Part shown: in pieces, positions 10,289 through 19,609 of the stretch
Numbering within the stretch: the first letter of the stretch is position 1
Layout: each line of letters begins with the position of its first letter
From: an uncultured Bacteroidales bacterium
GTDB lineage: Bacteria > Bacteroidota > Bacteroidia > Bacteroidales > ML635J-15
DNA: 64,000 nt
Direction: 5' to 3'
Assembly (NCBI GenBank): GCA_905234755.1
Contig: CAJOIT010000003.1
Coordinates: 705,764-769,763, forward strand
Made by a program: the position numbers and the translations under genes
Notes under the pieces: model-generated
What the model was told of the DNA's origin: nothing
Databases searched by the model: none
What the model saw: the letters and a program-made list of their open reading frames with translations, nothing else

Positions 10289-11119
10289 ATGAAACCTGTT
10301 CACATTAAGGGCGACATTGATTTGCTCTCAAAAAATAGTCTGTCCATCTTGATAACACAAGATGGACTTTCTTATTCTATATACGACATCGACAACAACA
10401 AGGTTCTGACGCTTGTTTCAAAGCAATTTTCGGAAAAGGCCAATCGTTGTGAAGAAATAAAGCGGTTCCTCTCCGATGAAGAAGTTCTGCAATTCGATAA
10501 TGTAAATGTAGTATATGCGACAAAAAGCGTAACGATTGTCCCTGATGCAATATTCGAGGAAAGTCAAGCTGAAAACATTTTCGCTCTTAACAGACGAATT
10601 GCAGATGATGAAAAAATACTTTTTTCAAAGTTGCCAAAATCGCAAACCGTCTTAATTTTTTCGGCGAAAAAGGAAATCGTTGTGTTGCTCGACAGTCTAT
10701 TTGACAAATACAGCATTTACCCACAATCCCACACATTCATTGAGTCGGGACTGACAAGAACCAAAATCAGCGAAAAGCCAAATAGTCCGCGAATGTTCGT
10801 GCAGGTTTTCGAGGATTTCTTTGATGTTCTGGTGATTGACAAGGCTCAAATTTGCAACTATAACACATACGGCTACAAGTCATCAAACGACATTCTGTAT
10901 TTCATTGTGAACACCTTCGAGCAACTCGGATTGCCGCAGGAAGAATGCGAGGTGGTATTTTCGGGCTTCATCGAACCTGATGACCTAGCCGTTATACATT
11001 TGAAAAAATTCGTTAGGAATGTTTACTTTGAATCCATAAACAGGGACTACAAGTATTTCTATCGTTTCCAAGAATTTGCGCCACATTACTTCTACAATTT
11101 CATTAATACTGGCAAATGA
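10289..11119 (+). CDS. DUF3822-like protein
   Basis: 276 aa with an LSILITQDGLSYSIYD-type N-terminus. It lies directly upstream of and overlaps rsmD, the arrangement I recall for Bacteroidota DUF3822 genes. Confidence 0.55.
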   Translation: MKPVHIKGDIDLLSKNSLSILITQDGLSYSIYDIDNNKVLTLVSKQFSEKANRCEEIKRFLSDEEVLQFDNVNVVYATKSVTIVPDAIFEESQAENIFALNRRIADDEKILFSKLPKSQTVLIFSAKKEIVVLLDSLFDKYSIYPQSHTFIESGLTRTKISEKPNSPRMFVQVFEDFFDVLVIDKAQICNYNTYGYKSSNDILYFIVNTFEQLGLPQEECEVVFSGFIEPDDLAVIHLKKFVRNVYFESINRDYKYFYRFQEFAPHYFYNFINTGK

Positions 11120-11655
11120 GGATAATAGGCGGAAAATACAGAGGCAAAATGTTCAATCCTCCTGCCAACTTCAAGGCAAGGCCAACGACCGACTTCGCAA
11201 AGGAAGCCTTGTTCAACATACTTAACAACGACTTCAACTTCGAAAACATTGATGTACTTGACCTTTTCAGTGGTACGGGAAGCATATCTTACGAATTTGC
11301 AAGCCGTGGCGTAAAGTCGCTTGTAGCAGTGGAAAGCAATGTAAAGCACGCTGCATACATCGAAAAGAATTTCAAGGAATTAGGATTTACACAGGCAGTA
11401 ATTTACAAATCCGATGTTTTCCGCTATTTGGACACCTGCACCCAAAAGTTTGATGTGATTTTTGCCGACCCACCTTACGCACTTGAAAACATCGAGGAAA
11501 TATATCATTCCGTGTTCCGCAACAATTTGCTTTCCGACACATCATACCTGATAATTGAGCATGGCGAAACAACCGAGTTCTCTGGATTTCAGCATTTTGT
11601 AGGTATGAAAAAGTACGGTAGCGTACATTTCAGCATTTTCGACCCAACAATCTAG
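11116..11655 (+). CDS. rsmD: 16S rRNA (guanine966-N2)-methyltransferase RsmD
   Basis: MRIIGGKYRGK, ARPTTDFAKEALFNIL, SAM motif DLFSGTGSISYEFASRG, and catalytic ADPPY. Confidence 0.9.
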   Translation: MRIIGGKYRGKMFNPPANFKARPTTDFAKEALFNILNNDFNFENIDVLDLFSGTGSISYEFASRGVKSLVAVESNVKHAAYIEKNFKELGFTQAVIYKSDVFRYLDTCTQKFDVIFADPPYALENIEEIYHSVFRNNLLSDTSYLIIEHGETTEFSGFQHFVGMKKYGSVHFSIFDPTI

Positions 11656-11658
11656 GGG

Positions 11659-11695
11659 ATTTACGACTTACTATTTTGATTGGACGATTGACGAT
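11659..11695. repeat. Intergenic short-word element of the TTACGA/CGATTGACG family
   Basis: ATTTACGACTT...CGATTGACG. The same 11-mer and 9-mer recur at 52290-52310, and related GATTTACGA words occur at 34301-34336. Confidence 0.6.
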
Positions 11696-11722
11696 AAAAA
11701 TGGCGCAAAGCCCAGTCTTTTT

Positions 11723-11748
11723 GTCATCCTGAACTTGTTTCAGGATCT
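11723..11748. repeat. 26-nt hairpin motif GTCATYCWGAACTTGTTTCAGRATCT (copy 1 of 2)
   Basis: 8-bp stem ATCCTGAA/TTCAGGAT with loop CTTGT. It is 23/26 identical to 19568-19593. Confidence 0.7.
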
Positions 11749-11777
11749 AAAAAAGAGTGTCATACGCATATCCATCT

Positions 11778-12305
11778 TTACCCAAATATTCCCATTATCA
11801 ATTCCTTGACAATAAAGAACGCCAAGAAGCAACAATATATAAGTTTCTGCATTATGCCGCACATCATTCCCAGAAATGCGCCAAACGCCGCCTTCCAAAC
11901 ACCCTTCATATTGCCTTCGGTTTTCTGTCCTTGCTTTTTCAAATAGAGCAGTTCGCCGACAAATGCGCCAGCAAAAGGAGCAATGAAAATTGCCCACCAC
12001 GCCAAACCTATGAGACTTAGCAACACCCCTATTGCAGCGCCACGACTACCCCATTTTGTTCCGCCAAATTTCTTTGTTGCCAACGATGGCACAAGAAAAT
12101 CAAGAACGGTTACAACAACCATTATTGCACCTAATATCAGCAAGGTTGACAATTGTATATCGCAGTAGCTGACAAAAAACACAGCTACCAATCCCGCATA
12201 GGCTATCGGCGGACCGGGTAAAATCGGAACGAAGCAACCAATTATTCCTATCAGCAACAGAACTGCAGCGATTACAATAAGCAATATGTCAAGAGCAAAG
12301 GTCAT
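11778..12305 (-). CDS. DUF456-family membrane protein
   Basis: 175 aa and multi-TM. The N-terminal IGIIGCFVPILPGPPIAYAGL is characteristic of DUF456. Confidence 0.7.
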   Translation of the reverse strand: MTFALDILLIVIAAVLLLIGIIGCFVPILPGPPIAYAGLVAVFFVSYCDIQLSTLLILGAIMVVVTVLDFLVPSLATKKFGGTKWGSRGAAIGVLLSLIGLAWWAIFIAPFAGAFVGELLYLKKQGQKTEGNMKGVWKAAFGAFLGMMCGIMQKLIYCCFLAFFIVKELIMGIFG

Positions 12306-12730
12306 TTGTATTGCGAAATTATATCATCAACTAATGAACGATTAATCTGTATGGTAACAGAATATGTTATGCCAGACGACTTCTTCTTAGTATGCGAGCA
12401 CGAATTTTCGCACACTTTGAGAACCAGGCCTCGTATAGAATCTATCTTATCTTCATATTTGTCATCGCGTAGAAAATCCTTATACGAAATATTCTCGACT
12501 ATATATTCGTCAATTTGCTTTAGCAACAACCTTCTTGCTTCGTTTTCCGCTTTTTCCTGAGCAAGCTGCAAACTAGGTGACGAAACTTCGACCGAAGAAC
12601 GGAAGACATACTTGTCGGTAACATTTTTTGTGCAATTCCTTGAAAATATCGACACTACGGATTCAAAAAATGAACACGACTGCATCGTTACAGCAAAACA
12701 TAACATTATGGCAAACAGGATTTTACTCAT
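12302..12730 (-). CDS. Hypothetical lipoprotein
   Basis: 142 aa. Signal peptide with lipobox (FAVTMQSC). Overlaps both neighbouring genes, which indicates an operon. Confidence 0.6.
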   Translation of the reverse strand: MSKILFAIMLCFAVTMQSCSFFESVVSIFSRNCTKNVTDKYVFRSSVEVSSPSLQLAQEKAENEARRLLLKQIDEYIVENISYKDFLRDDKYEDKIDSIRGLVLKVCENSCSHTKKKSSGITYSVTIQINRSLVDDIISQYK

Positions 12731-13488
12731 TATTCAGCAAGCAACTTCACATCATTTGCATCAATCCAGCCTTCCTTGCCATCGGCAAGCCTAATGTTGT
12801 ACATGCCGTTTGCCGAATCTACAACATTGACCTTCAATCCTTCAAAAATTTCAAATGAGTTTACCGCATCGGCATTAGGCGACGACTTAACCATCGACTG
12901 CTCGAAAACTACTGCATAATTGTTTTCAGTAATCCTTACCGATGATTTATATGCACAAACGGCTGTAATGATAAAAAGCACAAATGCTATCACGGCGACT
13001 GAAAATCCCAATTTACGCATCGCAATACTTCCCATAAAAAGGTAGAGCGCAATTCCAGCAAGCACAAGCGCAAGCATTATAATGTTGAAGATTGTCCAGG
13101 CATCGGTTCCCATAATGCCAAGCACCGCAGTCCCCCACCTTTCGTAGAAAGGTTTTGGTAGCACCTCGACAACCTGCTTTAATGAACGGTTGGCTATATT
13201 AAGGTTAAATTCGGCATCACTGTTCGATGGATTCAGCATCAGCGCCTTCTCGTAGTAATATACCGAATATGGAATTTCGTTGAGACGATAGTAGCAGTTG
13301 CCCATATTATAATATAGGTCCGATGACGAATAGCCCATCCTGCATATCGAATCGTAGAGGTTAAGGGCATCTGCGTAGCGTGTCTGCATAAAATAGTTCT
13401 GTGCGCTGTCGGCCAATGCATCCACATCGGCAGAAAACATATTCAGAGACAACAGCGAAAGTGTGATATATGCAAAAATCTTCTTCAT
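12730..13488 (-). CDS. BatE-like TPR + SH3-domain protein
   Basis: Signal peptide, TPR repeats (YYNMGNCYYRLNEIPYSVYYYEKAL), two TM helices, and a C-terminal SH3-like YNIRLADGKEGWIDANDVKL. Lies directly downstream of the BatD-like gene. Confidence 0.65.
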   Translation of the reverse strand: MKKIFAYITLSLLSLNMFSADVDALADSAQNYFMQTRYADALNLYDSICRMGYSSSDLYYNMGNCYYRLNEIPYSVYYYEKALMLNPSNSDAEFNLNIANRSLKQVVEVLPKPFYERWGTAVLGIMGTDAWTIFNIIMLALVLAGIALYLFMGSIAMRKLGFSVAVIAFVLFIITAVCAYKSSVRITENNYAVVFEQSMVKSSPNADAVNSFEIFEGLKVNVVDSANGMYNIRLADGKEGWIDANDVKLLAE

Positions 13489-13490
13489 GG

Positions 13491-15323
13491 CTACCTCATG
13501 TTTTCTTCTAATTGTTCAATAATTCCAGTGGTTTCCTCGTAAATTGCAGTCATTTCGTTGCCACTGCCCGAAACAAAATGAGCAAATTCGCACTTGTCTA
13601 TAAGGTCAACAAACTGCTTGGAAAGGTTTTCTTCAATGTTGTGTTCGGCAAATGCCTGCATTACATTGTCCTTTGTAAGTTGCGATGTAGGTATCGAAAG
13701 TTTGTCGCTTGCATAGCCCCACAAAGCAGTGATAATTTCCTTGTAGAAATCGGTCTGGTTGTTGGCTTGCATGAATTTTCTTGCATTTTTCAGTCGCTTG
13801 CGTGAAATCTTGCTTGCCTTCTGGCGTTTCATCAGTTCCACATCCTGACGCTTCTTGATGTTCTTTCTCAAAACAATCACCAACACAATGAAAGCCACAA
13901 TCAGACATATTATTATCGTCCAGTACAATCCCGAAAGCATTAGCGGAGAATAAGCCGCAGCAAGATTCAAGTTGCCTTTGTGGATAAACCTTACATCTTC
14001 GGGATTTATGACCTCGACACCAGTCTGCGCATTGTAGATTGTCCCTGATGCCATATCGCCACTGCCCCTTCTTACATTCACAACTATCGGTTCGGTTGAT
14101 ACGGTATTGTATGTTTTGTTCGCAAGGTCATAATATACAAGCGATACCGAACCCAGATTGAACGAACCTCCATAACGCGGAACAATTGTGTATTCCCAAG
14201 TTTTGCTTCCCGACAAGCCAGATTCAGATGCATTGAGTTTGCTTGTTACAACCGGCTCGTACTGCTCAAACTCCTTAGGACATGATATTTGTGGCGATTC
14301 AATATTGTTGAAATTTCCTGAACCAGAAATAGTTATCTTACAAACGACAGCATCGTTCACAGAAACTGTGTCTTTTGGCATATTCAGCGAAATGTTGAAT
14401 TTTCCAACTGCTCCCGAATATCCTACTGGTTCCGACGGCAGTGATGCAACATTGAGCGAAAGAGTGTTGGATGTTGCAGATGCAGGTGCATTGTCGTAGG
14501 TGTAGCCCCAGAATGGATGTCTGCCCGACACGACCCTTGCCATGCACTTTATGTCGGCCTTGTCAATATCGACTTTTCCTGCAAGACGCGGAAAAACAAG
14601 GTATTTCTTCAGCACTGCTGCATTGTATGTCTTACCATTTACAGTTTCGCGCGACCATTTGAGGTTCTGGTCTGTTTCCAATTCCTCGACATAAAAATTG
14701 TTGAGTTTCGGCGGTGTAAAATCCTCAATAGACATCAAGTCTACAGCGGTATAAAGTTTAATGGTGATTATCGTTCCCTCACCTTTTGCAAGATTCGATT
14801 TGCTTGAAAATGTGCGCAATAGTACATCATCGGAGGAAACTGTTTGCTTAGGCTGATTCTGTTGCTGCTGCTGCGACCTGCCAGAACCAAAAATATCCTC
14901 AAAAGGATCGTAATAGCTTGACTGTCGCTGCTGTTGCTGTACGGCTTCCTTCTGAACGGTAACAGAAATGCTGTTGGATGTGTATTTTGTTCCGCCGACT
15001 ACTGCAACCGCACCATCCAGAGTGTAGGTTCCTTCAGAGACCGCTTCGAGAGTATAGGTATATGTGTATGTATTGCTGCTCGTCATGCTACCGTTCACAA
15101 TGCTGACGCTAGAACTCGAACTCTGCGAAGGTCCGCCGACACACTTAAACCCCGGTATATTACCAAGTTGTATAGACGATGGCTTTTCGTTGATTGTATA
15201 TTGAACCTGCATCCGTTGCCCTACTCCAACCCTCGCAGGCGCCTTGCCAGTGAAGGTTACGCCATCGGCAAACATGACAAACGACATGCACAAAATGACT
15301 ATTAATGACAAAAATCTTCTCAT
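13491..15323 (-). CDS. batD: BatD-like (oxygen-tolerance family) membrane protein
   Basis: 610 aa. Signal peptide, a long beta-rich ectodomain, a Q-rich linker, a TM helix near residue 460, a basic juxtamembrane stretch, and C-terminal FYKEIITALWGYASDKL. Confidence 0.65.
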   Translation of the reverse strand: MRRFLSLIVILCMSFVMFADGVTFTGKAPARVGVGQRMQVQYTINEKPSSIQLGNIPGFKCVGGPSQSSSSSVSIVNGSMTSSNTYTYTYTLEAVSEGTYTLDGAVAVVGGTKYTSNSISVTVQKEAVQQQQRQSSYYDPFEDIFGSGRSQQQQQNQPKQTVSSDDVLLRTFSSKSNLAKGEGTIITIKLYTAVDLMSIEDFTPPKLNNFYVEELETDQNLKWSRETVNGKTYNAAVLKKYLVFPRLAGKVDIDKADIKCMARVVSGRHPFWGYTYDNAPASATSNTLSLNVASLPSEPVGYSGAVGKFNISLNMPKDTVSVNDAVVCKITISGSGNFNNIESPQISCPKEFEQYEPVVTSKLNASESGLSGSKTWEYTIVPRYGGSFNLGSVSLVYYDLANKTYNTVSTEPIVVNVRRGSGDMASGTIYNAQTGVEVINPEDVRFIHKGNLNLAAAYSPLMLSGLYWTIIICLIVAFIVLVIVLRKNIKKRQDVELMKRQKASKISRKRLKNARKFMQANNQTDFYKEIITALWGYASDKLSIPTSQLTKDNVMQAFAEHNIEENLSKQFVDLIDKCEFAHFVSGSGNEMTAIYEETTGIIEQLEENMR

Positions 15324-15446
15324 ATCTATTCCGATATAAAACTTTTGCGAAAATAACGCATTGTATCTATTAATGTTTCAAAAGAAAAGTTAAAGTTTTA
15401 GGCAGACATTTTCATTATTTGCATAATTTCATGTCAGCAAACCAGA

Positions 15447-17102
15447 CTATTTGTTCAAGAATATATTTTCCAGAACCTTTCCACTTACGATTGGCGGCGG
15501 TGGCGTACCGAGTGCGGTTGAAACAGTCGGTGCTATGTCGGTAATATTTATCTGCGAGAAAACCTTCTGCTTCTTCACTTTCCAGCCATACCATATCAGC
15601 GGAACATGGGTGTTGCAGGAATAACCAGAGTTATGATCGGTGCAATATGGAATGTCCTCAATCCAGCCAGGCTTTAGCGCAATCATAATGTCGCCCGAAC
15701 GCTTCTGGTTGTACGAATTCTGCATCTTCACCGGCATGCCCTCAGCAAACACAATGTTCTGGAACTGATTGGCGCCAATCGCGTTGGCAATACCAGCCGA
15801 ATTCATTATGAAGTCAATAATCTTTTCGCGAATTTCATTGAGCGAAATCTGCGAATCCTCTATCAGCGACCTATTCAAATAAATCTGCGAATTATTAAAA
15901 TCAACAATCCAGTCACCATCACCGTACAGCGCTTTCAAATAAGATTTTACAAGTGCTAACATATAGTACTGCTTGAAGTTTCCTGCAGGCATTTTCTGGT
16001 CTTGTAAGTACTGTGGCATTTCCGAAACTCCATGATTTGATGTGAGGTAAATTAGGCAATTGTTCTTGCCTACCAAATCCTCTACCACATCAATAAGGTG
16101 CTCCAAATCCTTGTCCAAACGCAAGAACAAGTCCTGCACCTCAATAGACTGCGGTCCGTACAACTTACCAACTTCCTCTGGTACAGAATAGTTGATGAAC
16201 AAAAAATCGGTAAACTCATCCTTGCCCAAATCCTCGCCATACAATGCAGCAACAGCAAGATCGTTTAGCAAAGTATTACCTTCGGGTATCATTGTCAGCA
16301 ACTTATAGTTTCTGACCGTCTTTGTGATGTTCTGATAGTTGTACGGAAAAGTCTTGTACATGCCATCTATTCCAAATTCGTACTTGCTTGAATCTGAAAG
16401 CACTTCGTTGTATTTCTCAAGCGGAAGCATCGGTTCCCATTGACGACTAAGATACTCATCTGGCATTTTCTTGCTATTCACATCGACCACCCACTTGGGC
16501 AAACTGCTTGTGTAATAGGTAGATGTCATCCATTCGCCCGACACATGGTCGAACCAGTAGGCAGCATCGGCAGCATAACCACCAGAAAGCACGGCAGCGT
16601 ATTTCGACAGCGACATGCTTATAACCTTCGACTTGCCACGGTTGAACAGCTTAGCCTCGTCACTAAAAGTGGTCGAAAGCATATTCATTGGCGACACACG
16701 ACCATCGGCATCTTTGGAACCACCAATGGCAGTTTCCTTTTTTTCGGAATATATGCAGTCGATTTTTTCGCCAGTCAGCTTATTATACCAATAGTTAGAC
16801 ACAATGCCGTGACTGCATGGTTCTGCGCCAGTTACGATTGTAGCATAACCCGGTGCTGTCTGCGTAAGCGCATAGTTGAGGTTGGCGTTCACACAGTAGC
16901 TTCCATTCACTGCAAGCTTCTTGAAACCCTTGTTTCCAAAATTCTCCCAGAAACGGTCAATGTAGTCCTGACGCATCTGTTCTACCACTATTCCAATCAC
17001 GAGTTTGGGCTTGTCGGATGGTATCGACGACTCTATCTGCGCCATTGACGACATCGTCCACACCAGCATCCCAAGCAACAATATGCCTACTTTATTTTTC
17101 AT
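15447..17102 (-). CDS. Alkaline-phosphatase-superfamily protein (type I phosphodiesterase/nucleotide pyrophosphatase-like)
   Basis: The ORF runs to 17126 (GTG). I prefer the ATG at 17102, which gives the signal peptide MKNKVGILLLGMLVWTMSSMAQ. Motifs are TQTAPGYATIVTGAEPCSHGIV, TSNHG and CTDHNSGYSCNTHVPL. Confidence 0.75.
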   Translation of the reverse strand: MKNKVGILLLGMLVWTMSSMAQIESSIPSDKPKLVIGIVVEQMRQDYIDRFWENFGNKGFKKLAVNGSYCVNANLNYALTQTAPGYATIVTGAEPCSHGIVSNYWYNKLTGEKIDCIYSEKKETAIGGSKDADGRVSPMNMLSTTFSDEAKLFNRGKSKVISMSLSKYAAVLSGGYAADAAYWFDHVSGEWMTSTYYTSSLPKWVVDVNSKKMPDEYLSRQWEPMLPLEKYNEVLSDSSKYEFGIDGMYKTFPYNYQNITKTVRNYKLLTMIPEGNTLLNDLAVAALYGEDLGKDEFTDFLFINYSVPEEVGKLYGPQSIEVQDLFLRLDKDLEHLIDVVEDLVGKNNCLIYLTSNHGVSEMPQYLQDQKMPAGNFKQYYMLALVKSYLKALYGDGDWIVDFNNSQIYLNRSLIEDSQISLNEIREKIIDFIMNSAGIANAIGANQFQNIVFAEGMPVKMQNSYNQKRSGDIMIALKPGWIEDIPYCTDHNSGYSCNTHVPLIWYGWKVKKQKVFSQINITDIAPTVSTALGTPPPPIVSGKVLENIFLNK

Positions 17103-17251
17103 ATTGCGAATATAGCCCATTGCCACAAACCGACTAAAACAGAGAAAAGCATTTTTTTAACAACATCGTGTTATAAAAGGTCGAAATATCACAAAAAAGC
17201 CATTTTAAGTTAAAAATGTGTTAAGGATAATTGAAAAAAAGAAACTATTTT

Positions 17252-17259
17252 TAAATTTG
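17252..17259 (+). promoter_or_regulatory. Bacteroidota -7 promoter box (TAnnTTTG)
   Basis: TAAATTTG ends only 5 nt before the ATG at 17265. This implies a near-leaderless mRNA, or else a downstream start codon is used. Confidence 0.4.
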
Positions 17260-17264
17260 CAGAC

Positions 17265-18782
17265 ATGAAAAAGAAGAAAGTTGTATCGTGGAGTATAGTA
17301 ATGTTGTCGGTTTCGATGATAGTTCTCATTATGCTTCAGGTCAGCCACATAACTTCATCGTACAAAAAATCGGCAGAAATAACTGAAAGGGCTTTGAACG
17401 AAGCAATCAATCAGACCATCATCACTTTACAAAAACAGGAAGTAGCAATTTTTGTTTACGACAAATTCAAGGTTCAGGACGGAGGAAAGACCGACACAAG
17501 ACCAGACAATGTTCACATCAACTCCACAATGACCTCGTATTTCGATGAAGAAAACATTCCAACAAATGTAATTAAAACTTCAGACAACCACTCATATTCA
17601 ATTAAAAACGAAGATGTTGATGCAATAGAAGCATATTACCTTGGACAACTTTCAGACCCAAGTTCGCAGTTCAACAAACTGGCCATACAACTAGAAGCAG
17701 AGTTCACATGCAGACAGCTACCTATCGAAAAAAGGTTTGATGCAGAAACAATCGAACGCGTTCTGAGACGTACACTTACATCTTTCGGCATCGACATGAA
17801 CTTCGAGTTCGCCATAATCGACGACATCAGCATGGAAACGAAATTGGCATCCAAGAACTTCGACATCAGCAGGTTGGACAAATGCTACAAGTACAACATG
17901 ACACCAGGAAATGTCATGGAAAACCCCAACCTTTTCGTTGTCGATTTCCCGACTAAGCAAAACGCAATCTTTGCTTCAATATATTCGCAGGTAATAGTTT
18001 CGCTGCTGATTTCGATACTGTTCATAGCTACTTTCAGTATTGCAATTTTCACAATATTAAAGCAGAAAAAACTTAACGCCATCAAGACCGATTTCGTGAA
18101 CAACATGACTCACGAATTCAAGACGCCAATCGCCACAATAAAGCTTGCAGCAACCGCAATAAAAAGTCCGCAAGTAATTGAAAACAAAGAGACAATATCG
18201 GGTATGGCTGAAGTCATACTTCAAGAGACATCAAGGATGACACAACATGTGGAACAGGTTCTGCAAATTGCCACCCTCGACCGCAACGGACTAAAGCTAA
18301 ACCTTACCGACGAAGATGCAAACGCATTCGTAAGGGATGTTGCCGGAACAATGTCACTGCAAGTCACTCAAAAAGGCGGAGCACTGCAAATCGAAACCTG
18401 CGACGGCGAAGTCCACATACAAATGGATACTGTGCTCATGACCACAGTTCTTATAAACCTGATTGACAATGCAATAAAATACACAAAGGATGCTCCCGAA
18501 ATACATGTAAGCACCTACACCAAAGGCGACAGGTTCTTCTTCGCAGTGAAGGACAACGGCATAGGAATGTCGAAGGATGCTCAGACGAAAGTATTCGACA
18601 GATTCTACCGTGCACACACTGGCAACACCCACAATGTCAAGGGATTTGGACTAGGACTGAACTACGCCAAGGAAATAGTGCTTGCACATCATGGCCTCAT
18701 AACGGTGAACAGCACCGAAGGCAAGGGAAGCACATTCACAGTAAGTTTACCATTAACACTAAAAGACATAAATTATGAGTAA
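17265..18782 (+). CDS. Sensor histidine kinase
   Basis: Two TM helices flank a sensor domain of about 200 aa. H-box FVNNMTHEFKTPIATI, N-box LIDNAIKYT, and G-boxes DNGIGM and GFGLGLNYAKEIV. Confidence 0.9.
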   Translation: MKKKKVVSWSIVMLSVSMIVLIMLQVSHITSSYKKSAEITERALNEAINQTIITLQKQEVAIFVYDKFKVQDGGKTDTRPDNVHINSTMTSYFDEENIPTNVIKTSDNHSYSIKNEDVDAIEAYYLGQLSDPSSQFNKLAIQLEAEFTCRQLPIEKRFDAETIERVLRRTLTSFGIDMNFEFAIIDDISMETKLASKNFDISRLDKCYKYNMTPGNVMENPNLFVVDFPTKQNAIFASIYSQVIVSLLISILFIATFSIAIFTILKQKKLNAIKTDFVNNMTHEFKTPIATIKLAATAIKSPQVIENKETISGMAEVILQETSRMTQHVEQVLQIATLDRNGLKLNLTDEDANAFVRDVAGTMSLQVTQKGGALQIETCDGEVHIQMDTVLMTTVLINLIDNAIKYTKDAPEIHVSTYTKGDRFFFAVKDNGIGMSKDAQTKVFDRFYRAHTGNTHNVKGFGLGLNYAKEIVLAHHGLITVNSTEGKGSTFTVSLPLTLKDINYE

Positions 18783-19464
18783 AGAAAAATTATTATTGGT
18801 TGAGGACGATGTAAACTTTGGCTTCGTGCTAAAATCGTACTTGGAAATGAACGACTTCTATGTTACCCTCATAACTGATGGCAAGGACGCAGTAAACGCT
18901 TTCCTGTCGCGCGAATACAACCTCTGCATACTAGATGTGATGCTACCGAATGTTGACGGCTTCACTATCGCAAAAGAAATCAAGAGGATAAGTCCGAGTT
19001 GTCCGGTTATATTCCTGACAGCACGCTCGCTGAAGGAAGACATTATGGAAGGTTTCCGCATTGGTGCTGACGACTACCTCACAAAGCCGTTCGAATCGGA
19101 TGTATTGTTAATGAAAATCAGAGCAATACTGCGCCGCAACTTCGACATTAAGCCAGGTATCAGCGATGTGGTTACAATTGGCAAGTACAAGTTCAACACT
19201 AAGATTCGCTCGCTAACAAGCACCGACGAGGAGCACCGCCTTACCCCTCGCGAAGCCGACCTGCTCAAAGCATTGTATATCAACAAGAACAATGTCCTTG
19301 ACCGCAACGAGGCACTGAAGAAAATCTGGGGTGACGACAACTACTTCAACGCCAGAAGCATGGATGTTTACATAACAAAACTGAGAAAATACTTCAAGAA
19401 CGACGATTCCGTCCAGATTGATAACATTCACGGCAGCGGATTTATTTTGGTTGTAAAGGAATAA
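18775..19464 (+). CDS. OmpR/PhoB-type response regulator
   Basis: Receiver motifs LLVEDD, ILDVMLP and LTKPF. C-terminal winged helix (LTPREADLLKAL). 8-nt overlap with the kinase gene. Confidence 0.9.
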   Translation: MSKEKLLLVEDDVNFGFVLKSYLEMNDFYVTLITDGKDAVNAFLSREYNLCILDVMLPNVDGFTIAKEIKRISPSCPVIFLTARSLKEDIMEGFRIGADDYLTKPFESDVLLMKIRAILRRNFDIKPGISDVVTIGKYKFNTKIRSLTSTDEEHRLTPREADLLKALYINKNNVLDRNEALKKIWGDDNYFNARSMDVYITKLRKYFKNDDSVQIDNIHGSGFILVVKE

Positions 19465-19466
19465 TG

Positions 19467-19547
19467 AGGCTTGAAGTCTAACAGTCTAACAGGCTAGCAG
19501 TCCGAAAGTCTAAAAGACTATGGGCTGAAAGGATTAGACTTCAATCC
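19467..19547. repeat. Intergenic short-word element of the GTCTAACAG/AGGCTTGAAG family
   Basis: AGGCTTGAAGTCTAACAGTCTAACAGGCT, with a 9-bp inverted repeat GAAGTCTAA (19473-81) / TTAGACTTC (19534-42). Confidence 0.6.
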
Positions 19548-19567
19548 AATCACAATTGTCATTCAGA

Positions 19568-19593
19568 ACTTGTTTCAGAATCTGAATAGAATA
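19568..19593. repeat. 26-nt hairpin motif GTCATYCWGAACTTGTTTCAGRATCT (copy 2 of 2)
   Basis: 23/26 identical to 11723-11748. One C-G to T-A compensatory change and one mismatch in the stem. Confidence 0.7.
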
Positions 19594-19609
19594 TACTGAC
19601 AAACTGTAT

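Noticed and set aside
11757-12168. Plus-strand ORFs 11757-12020 and 11983-12168
   Set aside because: Both are antisense to the DUF456 membrane-protein gene, whose hydrophobic periodicity and family-specific N-terminus are convincing.
19467-19547. CRISPR array or tandem-repeat locus formed by the short-word elements (also 35683-35744, 39984-40069, 41449-41531)
   Set aside because: There are no regularly spaced identical repeats with unique spacers, and no cas genes in the window. The words are degenerate and overlapping and form hairpins, which is more like REP-type elements.
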